64,000 bases of DNA from Candidatus Poribacteria bacterium (GCA_965198175.1 OZ240245.1:2656001-2720000), one strand, 5' to 3'. Positions 1-10,867 are shown, numbered from the stretch's first letter. The notes: generated by a model not told the origin, from the letters alone. Translations and numbers: made by a program.

Positions 1-9
1 GAGTTGCAA

Positions 10-624
10 ATGAAAAGAAAACTTCTATTGATACTAGCATTAGTTGCGGTTGCATGCGGTCTTGTATTCACTGTTCAGAGTCAGATGGGCGGGAAGAATG
101 AGGTTCAGCCAATGTACGGTAGCCTGCTTATTGACGGTTATGATTTCAAGAACGATATCGGCCCGAAAGGTACCATCATATACGATGAAGACAAAAATGA
201 ATTTAGAGGCACCTATATTGGGCTAAAGATGCCCCAGGGGCGTCGCGCTGTTTTCGCATGGCTTCACGATACTGTCAATCAGAAATCGGAATATATCGGG
301 CCAGTGGGCTGGTTAAAAGTTGATACCGGTGGCAAAAAGAAAGGCAAGTTCACTATCACAGTTCCGGATAAATTCAAGGGCGGAAATTTTGGTAGTTACG
401 AGATTATCGGATTCACCGCCGAGAAAACATCGTTCATAGCAAACGGTACTGAGGCCGTGCAGAAACCGACGAAGCCCTCCGGTAGTGATATCAGAAAAGA
501 ATTAGATCCCGCTTTTTATCTCTATGCATCGCTGCCAAGTTCAGACACGCCAATGCATTACTGCGGGCACGGAGGGGATTTCTTCTTTGCGAAAGATTTG
601 GAAAATCAGCTCTGTTACGACTGA
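10..624 (+). CDS. Hypothetical exported protein
   Basis: Open frame from ATG at 10. N-terminus MKRKLLLILALVAVACG is signal-peptide-like. No family recognised. Confidence 0.7.
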   Translation: MKRKLLLILALVAVACGLVFTVQSQMGGKNEVQPMYGSLLIDGYDFKNDIGPKGTIIYDEDKNEFRGTYIGLKMPQGRRAVFAWLHDTVNQKSEYIGPVGWLKVDTGGKKKGKFTITVPDKFKGGNFGSYEIIGFTAEKTSFIANGTEAVQKPTKPSGSDIRKELDPAFYLYASLPSSDTPMHYCGHGGDFFFAKDLENQLCYD

Positions 625-739
625 CTGTGCGGAACAACGTATTCAAAGTGTAAAGCTGCTGGGCTAAGAGCACACAGTAAATAGCATTTTGAATATATCC
701 TCGGCTCGTGTAGCTGAGGCAATGTAATTATTCCATTAT

Positions 740-796
740 GTAGGGGAAGGCCTTGTGTCTGCCCACAGCACTGTGGGAGGGAGATCCTTCTCCCGA
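740..796. repeat. Two REP-like short palindromes
   Basis: Intergenic imperfect hairpins GTAGGGGAAGGCCTTGTGTCTGCCC (740-764) and GTGGGAGGGAGATCCTTCTCCCGA (773-796), with GTAG/GTGG feet typical of REP elements. Confidence 0.45.
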
Positions 797-920
797 CTGT
801 CGAGAATCAAGCGACTGGATAAGGAGTGCGATAGCGTATTTAGCCGATAGTAAACCCCCACGATAGTTTAGATGCCGCTCCCAAAGGGGATGATCTCTGT
901 CGGTTCATTCAATCATCATT

Positions 921-951
921 CCCCTCCTTACCAAGGAGGGGTTAGGGGAGG
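921..951. repeat. REP-like palindrome (CCCC-TT-CCAA-GGGG type)
   Basis: CCCCTCCTTACCAAGGAGGGGTTAGGGGAGG; related copy at 26397-26428. Confidence 0.55.
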
Positions 952-1111
952 TTGTAGTTGGGTGGAGCGATCAACCGAACGAATAGTGATGGATCAAGGA
1001 AACGGATAGTGACCGCGATAGTATTTACCTTGTAAATCAATGACGATAGAGATTCTGCCCTGCAACAACACCGGGATGTAGATGTATCAACTTGTAGGGA
1101 GTTCTACCACC

Positions 1112-1480
1112 ATGGGTTGCGGTAAAACGACACCAATCTTGCGAATCTTTGACGAGGCTAAGACGAAGGAGTTTTATGTCGAGTTCTTGGGTTTCAAGGT
1201 TGACTGGGAACACCGTTTTTCAGACGATGCGCCGCTCTACATGCAGATCTCGAAGGACGACTGTGTCATCCATTTGTCAGAGCATCACGGCGACTGCTGT
1301 CCCGGCGGGGCAATGAGAATCGAAACGAAAGGGCTAGACGCGCTCCAGAAAGAACTAATCGCCAAGAAGTACAAGTACTACCGGCCGGGAATAGAAGAAA
1401 TGCCTTGGGGCAGCAGGGACATGTCAGTCACCGATCCATTCGGCAACAGATTGACGTTTACAGATGCGATAACTGCCTAA
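1112..1480 (+). CDS. VOC/glyoxalase (bleomycin-resistance-like) superfamily protein
   Basis: Motifs TPILRIFDEAK, FYVEFLGF, IHLSEHHGD, PWGSRDMSVTDPFGNRL. ATG 1112 preceded by AGGGAG. Confidence 0.85.
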   Translation: MGCGKTTPILRIFDEAKTKEFYVEFLGFKVDWEHRFSDDAPLYMQISKDDCVIHLSEHHGDCCPGGAMRIETKGLDALQKELIAKKYKYYRPGIEEMPWGSRDMSVTDPFGNRLTFTDAITA

Positions 1481-1616
1481 CGAAAGCCATTCCAGTATGA
1501 TATAGCAATACTCAACGTTTTTTGTTTATCCTTATTATTCTTGTCACAATCCCTTCCCCCAATCATTGTTTTTTGGCTCACACGCTTTCTCACCACCAAT
1601 CATCAAGGCACGCTTA

Positions 1617-4034
1617 ATGAAGGTCAAACAGATTCCAATTTTGAATACTGATGATGGCGACCTGATGCGTATCAGCCGTGAAGGATTGTTGTCCCTAAAT
1701 CTTGCCGAAATGCAGGCAATTCGTACCTACTTCACCAAACTAGAAAGAGATCCAACTGATGTTGAGCTTGAAACGCTCGCTCAAACATGGTCCGAGCATT
1801 GTATCCACAAGACCTTTCGGGGGATGATTGAGTATTCCGAAGACGGTTGCGAGACGATCGTAATTGACGGGCTCCTCAAAACAACAATCATGCGTGCAAC
1901 GGAAACGATTGACAAAAGTTGGTGCGTCTCTACCTTTTCCGATAACGCTGGCATCATCGAATTTGATGATGACTATAATGTCGTTTTCAAGGTTGAGACG
2001 CACAATCACCCCTCCGCCATCGAGCCCTATGGTGGCGCGGGAACGGGAATCGGCGGAGTCATCCGCGACTCACTCGGTACTGGGCTTGGTGCAAAGCCAG
2101 TCCTGAATACGGACGTCTTCTGTTTAGGGCTTCCGAACCTAAGTTATGACGCGCTTCCCAAGGGTGCGCTTCATCCGAAGCGAATCTTCAAAGGCGTCGT
2201 GGCGGGTGTGCGGGACTACGGTAATCGCATGGGCATCCCAACGGCAAATGGCGCCATCCTATTCGATCAGCGGTATACCGCGAATCCGCTCGTATACTGC
2301 GGTAACGTCGGGTTAATTCCGAATAATCGGTGCGACAAGGAGGTCGTGCCCGGCGATTGTATCGTTGCGCTTGGCGGACGAACGGGACGCGACGGTATTC
2401 ACGGGGCGACGTTTTCTTCGCTAGAGTTGGATGACACCTCCGAAACACTCGGTAGTGTCGTCCAAATTGGCAACCCAATCATTGAGAAGAAAATCGTTGA
2501 TGCCTTGTTGCAAGCGCGCGATCGATACCTCTACCGCTCCATCACGGATTGCGGTGCGGGCGGCTTTTCCTCAGCGGTTGGCGAGATGGGTCAGGATACG
2601 GGCGCAGAGGTACATCTAGAAAATGTACCTCTCAAATACAAAGGTCTTGACCCGTGGGAGATTTGGCTTTCAGAAGCACAGGAGCGGATGGTGATCGCTG
2701 TTCCTCCCGAAAATCTAGAGGCGCTGATGGGAATCTGCGAGGCGGAGTCGGTCGAAGCTACGATGCTTGGTAAGTTCACGGATAGCCGGAAATTGCGCGT
2801 GTTGTATGATGGCGAAACCGTAGCGGATATGGACATGGACTTCCTTCACAATGGATTGCCGCGTATCACAAAAAAGGCGATCTGGGAATCGCCTCAGCAC
2901 CGTGAACCGAATGCGGTAGAAACCGCGGGGTTGAACCCCTGTAGTTGCCTGTCGCACTCCGAAATAACAGAGAATCTCTTTAAGATTCTCGGCAGCCCAA
3001 ACGTTGCGAGCAAAGAATGGGTCATCCGCCAGTACGACCACGAGGTTCAGGGTGGGATTGTTGTCAAGCCGCTTGTCGGAATCGAAAATGACGGACCCGG
3101 CGACGCTTGCATCGCTACCCCGGTCCTTGGATCACAGCGGGGCGTCATTGTAGCCAACGGTATCAATTCAAGGTATGGTGACATCGATCCCTATCACAGC
3201 GCGGCGTCGGCGATTGACGAAGCACTGCGGAACGTCATCGCTGTCGGGGGCAATCTAGAACATACGGCGCTGCTCGACAACTTCAGTTGGGGGAATCCCG
3301 ATAAACCGGATCGACTTGGTGGATTAGTACGCGCAGCGAAGGCGTGTTACGATATTGCCGTCGCCTACGGCACGCCCTTCATCTCTGGCAAAGACAGCCT
3401 CTACAACGAGTACCGTGATACCACCACCGGTGAACAACTCGCTATCCCGCCGACACTGCTGATCTCCGCGATTTGCGTCATGCCGGACGTGAGTAAAGCA
3501 GTTACGATGGACGCCAAATCGCCGGGCGACTTAGTTTACCTTGTTGGGGAGACGTACCCCGAACTCGGCGGATCGCATTACTACGCCATTCACGGCTTTA
3601 TCGGAAACAACGCGCCGAAAGTGCGCCCCAACGAGAGCAAGCGGACGATGATTGCGCTAAGTCATGCCATCAATGGTCAACTTGTCCGTTCGTGTCACGA
3701 CTGTTCCGAGGGTGGCATCGGTGTGGCTGTGGCAGAGATGGCTTTTGCCGGCGGACTGGGTATGCAATTGGATTTAGGGCACGTCCCTCGTGATGCCTCC
3801 ATCACAGCAGACAACATCCTGCTGTTCGCCGAGTCCAATAGCCGCTTCGTTGTGGGCATCTCGCCCGATAAACGTGAAGCATTTGAGATGGCGATGGTGG
3901 GCATCCCTTTCGGTTGCATCGGTACAATAGTTGAAACTACAGATTTCGTGATTAAAGGAATGGGTGGCGGCACAATTATTCGGACGACAATAAATCGCCT
4001 CAAAGAAAGTTGGCAGAGTACATTTCGCTGGTGA
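1617..4034 (+). CDS. purL: Phosphoribosylformylglycinamidine synthase subunit PurL
   Basis: WSEHC.HK, KVETHNHPSAIEPYGGA.TG.GG..RD, DCGAGG, QYDHEV, SGKDSLYN motifs. ATG 1617 preferred over TTG 1566. Confidence 0.97.
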   Translation: MKVKQIPILNTDDGDLMRISREGLLSLNLAEMQAIRTYFTKLERDPTDVELETLAQTWSEHCIHKTFRGMIEYSEDGCETIVIDGLLKTTIMRATETIDKSWCVSTFSDNAGIIEFDDDYNVVFKVETHNHPSAIEPYGGAGTGIGGVIRDSLGTGLGAKPVLNTDVFCLGLPNLSYDALPKGALHPKRIFKGVVAGVRDYGNRMGIPTANGAILFDQRYTANPLVYCGNVGLIPNNRCDKEVVPGDCIVALGGRTGRDGIHGATFSSLELDDTSETLGSVVQIGNPIIEKKIVDALLQARDRYLYRSITDCGAGGFSSAVGEMGQDTGAEVHLENVPLKYKGLDPWEIWLSEAQERMVIAVPPENLEALMGICEAESVEATMLGKFTDSRKLRVLYDGETVADMDMDFLHNGLPRITKKAIWESPQHREPNAVETAGLNPCSCLSHSEITENLFKILGSPNVASKEWVIRQYDHEVQGGIVVKPLVGIENDGPGDACIATPVLGSQRGVIVANGINSRYGDIDPYHSAASAIDEALRNVIAVGGNLEHTALLDNFSWGNPDKPDRLGGLVRAAKACYDIAVAYGTPFISGKDSLYNEYRDTTTGEQLAIPPTLLISAICVMPDVSKAVTMDAKSPGDLVYLVGETYPELGGSHYYAIHGFIGNNAPKVRPNESKRTMIALSHAINGQLVRSCHDCSEGGIGVAVAEMAFAGGLGMQLDLGHVPRDASITADNILLFAESNSRFVVGISPDKREAFEMAMVGIPFGCIGTIVETTDFVIKGMGGGTIIRTTINRLKESWQSTFRW

Positions 4035-4227
4035 TTTCACCTTACAGACTAAGGCGTGTTGACATTTGCTGTTGCCAATCCGGAATACAATCGGGCGATC
4101 CGCCAAAACCCAATACGGTTGCCCAAAATCGCCGCAAGACAGCGGGTCATATAACACCTTAATATATATACGGCAAAAACGTAGCATAAATACAAGTTGG
4201 GTTGACGATCCACAGCGAAGAGCTGAC

Positions 4228-4335
4228 ATGCCCGGTGCATCAGTCTTTGCGAAGTTCATTTGCGGCGAGTTGCCCGCGCGCTTCGTCTGGCGTGGCAACC
4301 ACGCTGTTGTGTTCCTCTCGAAGTGGCCGCAGCGA
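4228..4335 (+). pseudogene. HIT-family protein N-terminal fragment
   Basis: MPGASVFAKFICGELPARFVWRGNHAVVFLS resembles the start of HIT hydrolases; the HxHxH motif is absent. Confidence 0.5.
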
Positions 4336-4404
4336 TCCTTCGGTCGTCTCCCCTGGGACTGGGGCATTCCAAAACGGTTCCGACCGTTGAGTAGGTCGGA
4401 CGCC

Positions 4405-4491
4405 GCGCAACAAGCCGTTGCAACTGACACCGCTTCGCGTCACACCGGCTGCTGTCGCAACCAATGCGCCGCTGAACTTGGGTCGTGTCTC
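4405..4491 (+). other. Degenerate integron attC-like site
   Basis: R'' GCGCAAC, spacer AAGCC, L'' GTTGCAAC ... L' GCTGAAC, spacer TTGGGTC, R' GTGTCTC. Spacing fits attC but the R boxes are degenerate. Confidence 0.55.
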
Positions 4492-4511
4492 TACAGTAAG
4501 GAGATAGCACG

Positions 4512-5798
4512 TTGAATTTGGGAACCTTTACAGTTGACTGCACACCGCCCGTTGGATGTCCCGTATCATTCGGGGAAACGGGCGGTACGACAGAAATTAG
4601 AGATCCTCTATTTTTACGAGGTTTCGTCCTCGATGATGAATACCACAGATGCCTAATTGCAACGATGGATTTTTGCGGTTTGATGAATAGCGCTTACGAT
4701 GATCTCGCAGGGGTATTTGCCAAGGCTCTTAATGTCCCAACAGAGCGAGTCATAATTCACTGCATCCATCAGCATGATGCTCCGCTGTTGAACTATGAGA
4801 TCGCGGCATATCTCGATTGCGCGGCTTATCCCAGGCAATGGTGGACAGATGTGCTGAAGAAATGTGCTCAATCTGCGGCAGAATGTCTCAATAGGATGGT
4901 CACAATCTCCTCTCTGGGCTACAACGAAACCAGACTCCACGGCTATGCGTCGAACAGAAGGATTCTGGGACGCGACGGGAAGGTCGTCGGTATGAGGTTC
5001 AGTAAATGCGGTGACGCTGCGCTCAAAAAAGAACCTGTAGGAATCATCGATCCGATGCTCAGGACGGTGGCTTTCAAAGATTCATTGGGGAAGATAGCCG
5101 GGTCGATGAGTTTTTATGCGACACATCCACAGGTCTCCAATGGCAGGAATATGTACAGTGCCGATGCTCCAGGTGAAGCGTTAAATATCCTAAAAGGGCA
5201 CTGGGGAGATGGACTACACGGGTTCTTCACCGGAGCGGGCGGAAACATTACCGCCGGCAAGTATGCTTCGCCAACTGATCTGGAGGGCAACCTTCTCAGG
5301 TTCGGAAAGATTCTGGCAGATGGGATTAACCTGAACCTTGGCACAATGAAATGGGAAGAGGCAAGAGAGCTGGAGTGGCATGCGACTGACTTCCCTTTCC
5401 CATTCCAGCAGATGGACAAGGACAATCTATTAAGTCAGATCAACGATGAAAGCGTCAGCGACCACGAAAGGCTTCAAAAAGCCGTTCTGCTGACTTGTCT
5501 TGAATATGAGAAAAACGCGTCATATCACCTGTCTCTACTGAGGACAGGGAGTGTCAAGATGCTATTTTTGCCGGGTGAGCCCTTTGTTGAATATCAACTT
5601 TATGCGCAGTCACTAATCCCTGATGAATTCCTAGCCGTTGTGGGTAATTGCAGTGATAATTTCCTGTATCTGCCTCTGGCGAAGCATTTCGAGGAAGGCG
5701 GATACGAGGTGGATTCATTCTGTTGGTGCACAATAGACTTTGAGAGACGTTTCAAGAAAGCTCTGCCAGGCGTGCTCTCAAAACAGATGCTTATGTAA
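4512..5798 (+). CDS. Neutral/alkaline ceramidase-like N-terminal domain protein (putative metal-dependent amidohydrolase)
   Basis: TPPVG, DPLFLRGFVL, IHQHDAP, YATHP, GAGGNI, LPGEPFVEYQL, EGGYE motifs. RBS AAGGAG before TTG start. Confidence 0.65.
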   Translation: MNLGTFTVDCTPPVGCPVSFGETGGTTEIRDPLFLRGFVLDDEYHRCLIATMDFCGLMNSAYDDLAGVFAKALNVPTERVIIHCIHQHDAPLLNYEIAAYLDCAAYPRQWWTDVLKKCAQSAAECLNRMVTISSLGYNETRLHGYASNRRILGRDGKVVGMRFSKCGDAALKKEPVGIIDPMLRTVAFKDSLGKIAGSMSFYATHPQVSNGRNMYSADAPGEALNILKGHWGDGLHGFFTGAGGNITAGKYASPTDLEGNLLRFGKILADGINLNLGTMKWEEARELEWHATDFPFPFQQMDKDNLLSQINDESVSDHERLQKAVLLTCLEYEKNASYHLSLLRTGSVKMLFLPGEPFVEYQLYAQSLIPDEFLAVVGNCSDNFLYLPLAKHFEEGGYEVDSFCWCTIDFERRFKKALPGVLSKQMLM

Positions 5799-6197
5799 CA
5801 GATAACCGAAGCGCTTGAATCACCTGACCTTATTGCCCAAGATGCTGTTGATTCTCAGCGGTTGGGATACGCCCGGACATACCGGACGCAACCACAACGC
5901 TGGATTAATGCAGCTTAAAATGACCTTGTTCAAAAGCTGTCTTTATAAACTGAAAACGGTATTAGTCCCAATCTGTCGGAACGACAGGGGAATCTCTGCT
6001 TTTATGAATGGCTTTGGGGTGTACGGCGGGTTTTGGTTTGTCGGGCGTACTTCGGCAAACCCTACCAAGGTTTAGGCATGAAAATGAGTTGCCAGGGCTT
6101 ATCAGGCTAATACTACTTTTGTCTCAAATGTCGACAAGACTCCTACCAAATCATCGACTTGGTAGGAGATGAATCGGTCATTTGCCTATCTGCCTCT

Positions 6198-7019
6198 TCA
6201 CCGATTCGTCCATTTTAATGTCCCCCACGTCGTAGTAAGCGCTTTGTCCACTGGGGAAACAGGCAATATCTCGGCAAAACCGTCCTTCATGGCAGTGGTA
6301 ATTTCATCTTGACTTAGTGCTCTACTGAAAACAATGGCTTCGTCAACCATCCCCTGGAACTCCCGGTTCCCATGGCGACTCCAGTTAGCGATGCGAAAGT
6401 TATCTGTGGCAACCGCGAGCTCTTGTGGAAGGCCTACCTCCGCGGACACCTCACCGTTCAGATAATGTGTCAGTTTACCATCCTTACGTACAACTACAAA
6501 ATGCTGCCAAACACCGGTCTCCAGTTGGGTTTTCGCCGCTTGACCAAGCCAACATTGGCGTGGCGCACCTCCCCCGATAAAGTAGAACAGATTTGGAGAG
6601 TCGCTATTCTGTTCAATGGACATTCCCTCACAATTTACCGGAGGTCCTGGATCGCCGCCATGACTAGAGAGAATATTTGCCCACTGCTTTTGTGTCTCGC
6701 CTGGATTTACCCAAAGGCCCATTGTGAAATCATCGGTTTCCACAACGACTGGGACATTTATCTGTACATAATCAGCAATACCATCGAAATCCAAAGCTTC
6801 ACCAAATTTTCCCTCGACCCATTTCGGATCATGCACAAGCTCTCCATCATTTCCATTGCCGGAGGCATCGGCTACTTTATCTCCTTTTCCTTCGTCAAAA
6901 AGCCATATCGCTACAGCGCCTTTAATGTCAAGTTGGGCATCGGTTCTACCTGTTAACACCAGACTGATAATGATCAAGCCGATACAAAAGATGGTTAATC
7001 TGACAACTGTGCTTTTCAT
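6198..7019 (-). CDS. Secreted LamG/concanavalin-A-like domain protein (type A, copy 1)
   Basis: Signal peptide; WLFDEG, GKFGEALDFDG, WQHFVVV, YLNG, FQGMVDE, RALSQDEI; C-terminal PVSPVDKALTTTWGTLK. Start set at 7019 by homology with 10611. Confidence 0.9.
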   Translation of the reverse strand: MKSTVVRLTIFCIGLIIISLVLTGRTDAQLDIKGAVAIWLFDEGKGDKVADASGNGNDGELVHDPKWVEGKFGEALDFDGIADYVQINVPVVVETDDFTMGLWVNPGETQKQWANILSSHGGDPGPPVNCEGMSIEQNSDSPNLFYFIGGGAPRQCWLGQAAKTQLETGVWQHFVVVRKDGKLTHYLNGEVSAEVGLPQELAVATDNFRIANWSRHGNREFQGMVDEAIVFSRALSQDEITTAMKDGFAEILPVSPVDKALTTTWGTLKWTNR

Positions 7020-7270
7020 AAGACATTCTCCTTCTATAATTTGTCGGTCGGGTTTCCGAAATCGACAAGGAAATCGCCGGGTTTGAAACCCGATCGACAA
7101 TTTCACGCCACAATCTCCTTTTTTGCGGTTTATTAAATCGAGGAACTCCATTGCTGATTAGAATGAAGTCACACGTCATGTGTAAACAAGATAAGATAGG
7201 TCCTTCTCCTACGTATTACTCGTAGCGCATAATTCTTTCCTAGATTAGGTGCTTCTCAAGGCTTAGCCGA

Positions 7271-7360
7271 TTATGGTTCGCGCAAGGTGACCTGCAGTTC
7301 CACGTCCGGTTTCAGGTCGAACACGAGAATTAGATGGAACTCACCGTTTGTGTTCTTAGC
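7271..7360 (-). pseudogene. 3' remnant of the 10868-12634 family gene
   Basis: Near-identical to 10868-10957; encodes only KNTNGEFHLILVFDLKPDVELQVTLREP*. Confidence 0.85.
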
Positions 7361-7508
7361 GTAGGATAAGTATGATGCTAAAACCGTCGGAGTATTCAAA
7401 ACCGCATCGAAGATGGGGGTTGGATCCCTGGCCATCACAATCAACGTGGTAGAGTAAGAGGAAGCAGGGGCACCGTGCCTCTGCTTGAGGATTAAGACGT
7501 ATGTCAGA

Positions 7509-8330
7509 TTAAAATTGCGTTTTTATCCCTCCCCAAACAGCAGCAATTTTCCCTGCTGGGGAAACGGCGCCTTGAACGGCAAAGCCTGCGTCCATGAGGC
7601 TCATAATTTCATCCTGACTCAACGCTCTCTCGAAAATAAAGACGTCGTCAACCGTGCCATTGAACCCGCGGCCCTCAAAGACACTCCAGTTTCCGATGCG
7701 GAAATTAAGTGTGGCAGGCGCATAGGGTGTGTCACTTTGAGCGCTTCCTTCCGCGGACACCTCACCGTTCAGATAATGTGTCAATGCAGCCCCCTGGCGT
7801 ACAATCACAAAATGCTGCCAAACACCGGTTCCCAGTTGGGTTTGCACCCCTTGACCAAGCCAACATTGGCGCGGCGCTCCTCCCGCGACTAAGGAGAATA
7901 GATTTGTAGAGTCGCTAATCTGTTCAATGGACATTCCCCGACAATTTACCGGAGGTCCTGGATCGCCGCCATGACTGGAGAGAATATTAGCCCACTGGGA
8001 TTGTGTCTCGCCTGGATTTAACCATAGGCCCATTGTGAAATCAACTGTTTCGACAACGACTGGGGCATTCGCTTCCACAAAATCATCCGCCCCATCGAAA
8101 CTCATAGCTGTTCCGAACTTTCCGTCCGTCCATACTGGACCATTTACGAGGGTTCCATGGTAGTCATTGCCAGAAATATCGCCAGCTGTATCGCCTTCCC
8201 CTTCATCAAAGAGCCATATAGCCCTCGCGCCTGTCATATCAATTTGAGCATCACTGATACTTGTCAACACCAAACTGGTGAAGACCAAGCCAACGCATAA
8301 AAAGGTTAATCGGACAACTGTCTTTTTCAT
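7509..8330 (-). CDS. Secreted LamG-like domain protein (type B, copy 1)
   Basis: Same LamG motifs; C-terminal AVSPAGKIAAVWGGIKTQF. Confidence 0.9.
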   Translation of the reverse strand: MKKTVVRLTFLCVGLVFTSLVLTSISDAQIDMTGARAIWLFDEGEGDTAGDISGNDYHGTLVNGPVWTDGKFGTAMSFDGADDFVEANAPVVVETVDFTMGLWLNPGETQSQWANILSSHGGDPGPPVNCRGMSIEQISDSTNLFSLVAGGAPRQCWLGQGVQTQLGTGVWQHFVIVRQGAALTHYLNGEVSAEGSAQSDTPYAPATLNFRIGNWSVFEGRGFNGTVDDVFIFERALSQDEIMSLMDAGFAVQGAVSPAGKIAAVWGGIKTQF

Positions 8331-8390
8331 GAGATACTTTCCTTTCTTGAATAGTTGTCATGCACGTATCAGAAGAGCATTTTCATCAGC

Positions 8391-8550
8391 TTAAAAAAAC
8401 CAAAACACATAAGTATCTAGACCCAATTTAAGACCTATCGCTTCCCAACTGATGCCAACAATAAATTTACCTAGAATCAGTCCTAAGAAAAGCGGTGTGG
8501 CGCGACGGTATGTTTTGAGCCCTCCCCACTTAAGAAGCACAAATTTTGTG
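8391..8550 (-). pseudogene. 3' remnant of the 15928-17844 membrane protein gene, truncated by the IS
   Basis: VLLKWGGLKTYRRATPLFLGLILG...YVFWFF matches the paralog; homology stops at the IS left end. Confidence 0.9.
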
Positions 8551-9649
8551 GGTTCTTCAGAGTTAAGTGTGGGCATGAAACTTGCTCTAGGAATGTGCGT
8601 TTTTCCCTATGAGTTCAAGTTGATTTCAATAATACCCATAATGGTTCTGGAGACTCCGATGTATGCGCTTTTAACACAACTGCTAGACATTCCCAACTAC
8701 CGGGTGGTTTCTGCCGAGATTGGGACCGATAGAATCACACTGGACATTGAATCGGCATCTCAGACAGCGGCATGCCCCCATTGTGGCAAAACTTCAAAAA
8801 CGTTGCACGAAAGACACCCCCGCATCGTTCGCAACCTTCCTATCAGTGGCAAGCCGACTTAATCTTCGCTTTATCAGATGGCGATTCTTTTGTGAAGACT
8901 GTCACCGAGCGTTCTCTGAATCACTCGGCTTTGTCGACGAGCGACGCGGTTACACCCATCGTTATCAGGCTTGGATATTCCACCAAGTTCGAGAGAACAA
9001 CATCGGCGCGGTACACCGCGCTGAAGGGCTGACTTATGACCAGATTGAAAGCATCTTCCTCCACGAAGCGAGATGTCGCATCCCCTTAGCTCCCTTTGCC
9101 AATCTCAAACGTTTGGGTATTGACGAAATTGCGTTGCGTAAGGGAAGAGGAGACTTCGCTTTGATTCTGACGAATCTGGACACAAAAGAGGTCGTTGATG
9201 TGCTCAAAGCACACCCCCAAGCCCTGCAAGGCGCTCATTATGCGCTGTTAAAGAACCGTCAAGATTTAACCGATAAGCAGCAAGCGGCGCTTGAACACGT
9301 TTATCAGGTGTCTCCTTTGGTCAAGACAGCTCATCGGCTCAAGGAGTGTTTGCGACATATCTTCGAGTGTAAGCCTACTAAAGAAAAGGCGATCCTAGGA
9401 AGTGGAGCCTTATTGCTGAGAAAGCGGGGTTGTTTCCACAATTCCGTCGGACGCTAGCAAACTGGATGCACCGAATTGCCAATTACTTTTGCCACCGCAC
9501 GACCAGTGGCATGGTCGAAGGCATCAACAATAAAATCAAGTTCATCAAGCGCCGGGCTTTTGGGTTTCGCAACTTTGACCACTTCCGAATCCGAGTCATT
9601 GCAGCATTCCTATAGCCAATCGCATTTCCACACTTAACTCTGAAGAGCC
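8551..9649 (+). mobile_element. ISL3-family insertion sequence, defective (1099 bp)
   Basis: 22-bp terminal IRs GGTTCTTCAGAGTTAAGTGTGG (8551-8572) and CCACACTTAACTCTGAAGAGCC (9628-9649), one mismatch. No flanking target duplication. Confidence 0.92.
8659..9615 (+). pseudogene. ISL3 transposase pseudogene
   Basis: Zn-finger CPHCG, LGIDEIALRKG and EGINNKIKFIKRRAFGFRNF are split over three frames. The central DM..Y / D.FH core appears deleted between VVDVLKAH and ALLKN. Confidence 0.9.
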
Positions 9650-9771
9650 ACCAAGGTTTAGGCATGAAAATGAGTTTCCAGGGCTCATCAGGCTAATACT
9701 ACTTTTATCTCAAATGCCGACAAGACTCCTTCCAAATCGTCGAGTTGGTAGGAAATGAATCGGCAATTCGC

Positions 9772-10611
9772 CTATTTGCCTCTTCGCCGATTCGCCCATT
9801 TTAATTGCCCCCAGGTCGTAGTGAGCGGTTTGTCCACTGGGGAAACAGGCAATATCTCGGCAAAGCCTTCCTTCATGGCAGTGGTAATTTCATCTTGACT
9901 CAGTGCTCTACTGAAAACAAAGACTTCGTCAACCACCCCCTTGAACTCCCGGTGCTCCTTGTCACCGCGGCTCCAGTTAGCGATGCGAAAGTTATCGGTG
10001 GAAACCGCAAGTTCTTGTGGAATGGCCCCCTCCCCGGTCACCTCACCGTTCAGATAATGTGTGAGTTTATCATCCTTACGTACAACTACAAAATGCTGCC
10101 ATTCACCATGTTTCAGTTGGGTAACCACGCCCTGGCCAACCCAACAACCGCCTGGAGCGGACCCCGCGATAAAATAGAACTGATTTGCAGCGTCGCTATT
10201 CTGTTCAATGGACATTCCCCGACAATTCAACGGAGGCTGTGGATCGTTATTATGACTGGAGAGAATATTAGCCCACTGTTTTTGGGACTTTCCTGGATTC
10301 ACCCAACAGCCCAATGTGAAATCCTCGGTTTCCACAACGACTGGGACATTTATCTCTACATAATCAGCATCTCCATCGAAATCCAAACCCTCGCCAAATT
10401 TTCCCTCGACCCATTTCGGATCATGCACGACCTCTCCATCATTGCCATTGCCGGAGGCATCGGTGACTTTATCTCCTCTTCCTTCGTCAAACAGCCATAT
10501 CGCTACAGCGCCTTTAAGGTCAAGTTGGGCATGGGTTCTACCTGCTAACACCAAACTGGTGAAGACCAGGCCCATACAAAAGATGGTTAATCTGACAACT
10601 GTGCTTTTCAT
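9772..10611 (-). CDS. Secreted LamG-like domain protein (type A, copy 2)
   Basis: Close paralog of 6198-7019; C-terminal PVSPVDKPLTTTWGQLK. Confidence 0.9.
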   Translation of the reverse strand: MKSTVVRLTIFCMGLVFTSLVLAGRTHAQLDLKGAVAIWLFDEGRGDKVTDASGNGNDGEVVHDPKWVEGKFGEGLDFDGDADYVEINVPVVVETEDFTLGCWVNPGKSQKQWANILSSHNNDPQPPLNCRGMSIEQNSDAANQFYFIAGSAPGGCWVGQGVVTQLKHGEWQHFVVVRKDDKLTHYLNGEVTGEGAIPQELAVSTDNFRIANWSRGDKEHREFKGVVDEVFVFSRALSQDEITTAMKEGFAEILPVSPVDKPLTTTWGQLKWANRRRGK

Positions 10612-10867
10612 AAGACATTCTCCTTGTATAATATGTCGGTCGATTTTCCAAAATCGACAAGGAGATTGTCGGGTTTGGAGACCCGAGCAACAGTTTCATG
10701 CCACAATCTCCTTTTTTGCGGTTGTTGTTTTGATAAAGGAACTCCATTGCTGATTAGAATGGAGTCACACGCGGTGTGTAAACAAGATAAGGTAGGTCCT
10801 TCTCCTACGTATTGCTCGTTACGCATTATTCTTCCCTGAGATTAGGTGGTTATCAACGCTTAGCCGA

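Larger units (their letters stand above)
6064..8550. repeat. Copy 1 (internally shortened) of a tandem segmental duplication
   Basis: 6064-7360 aligns with 9650-10957, 7361-8362 with 14157-15172, and 8363-8550 with 15900-16087, including intergenic DNA. Confidence 0.9.

Noticed and set aside
4066..4515. 149-aa ORF as a real gene
   Set aside because: It is a read-through of intergenic DNA, a HIT fragment and the attC-like site.
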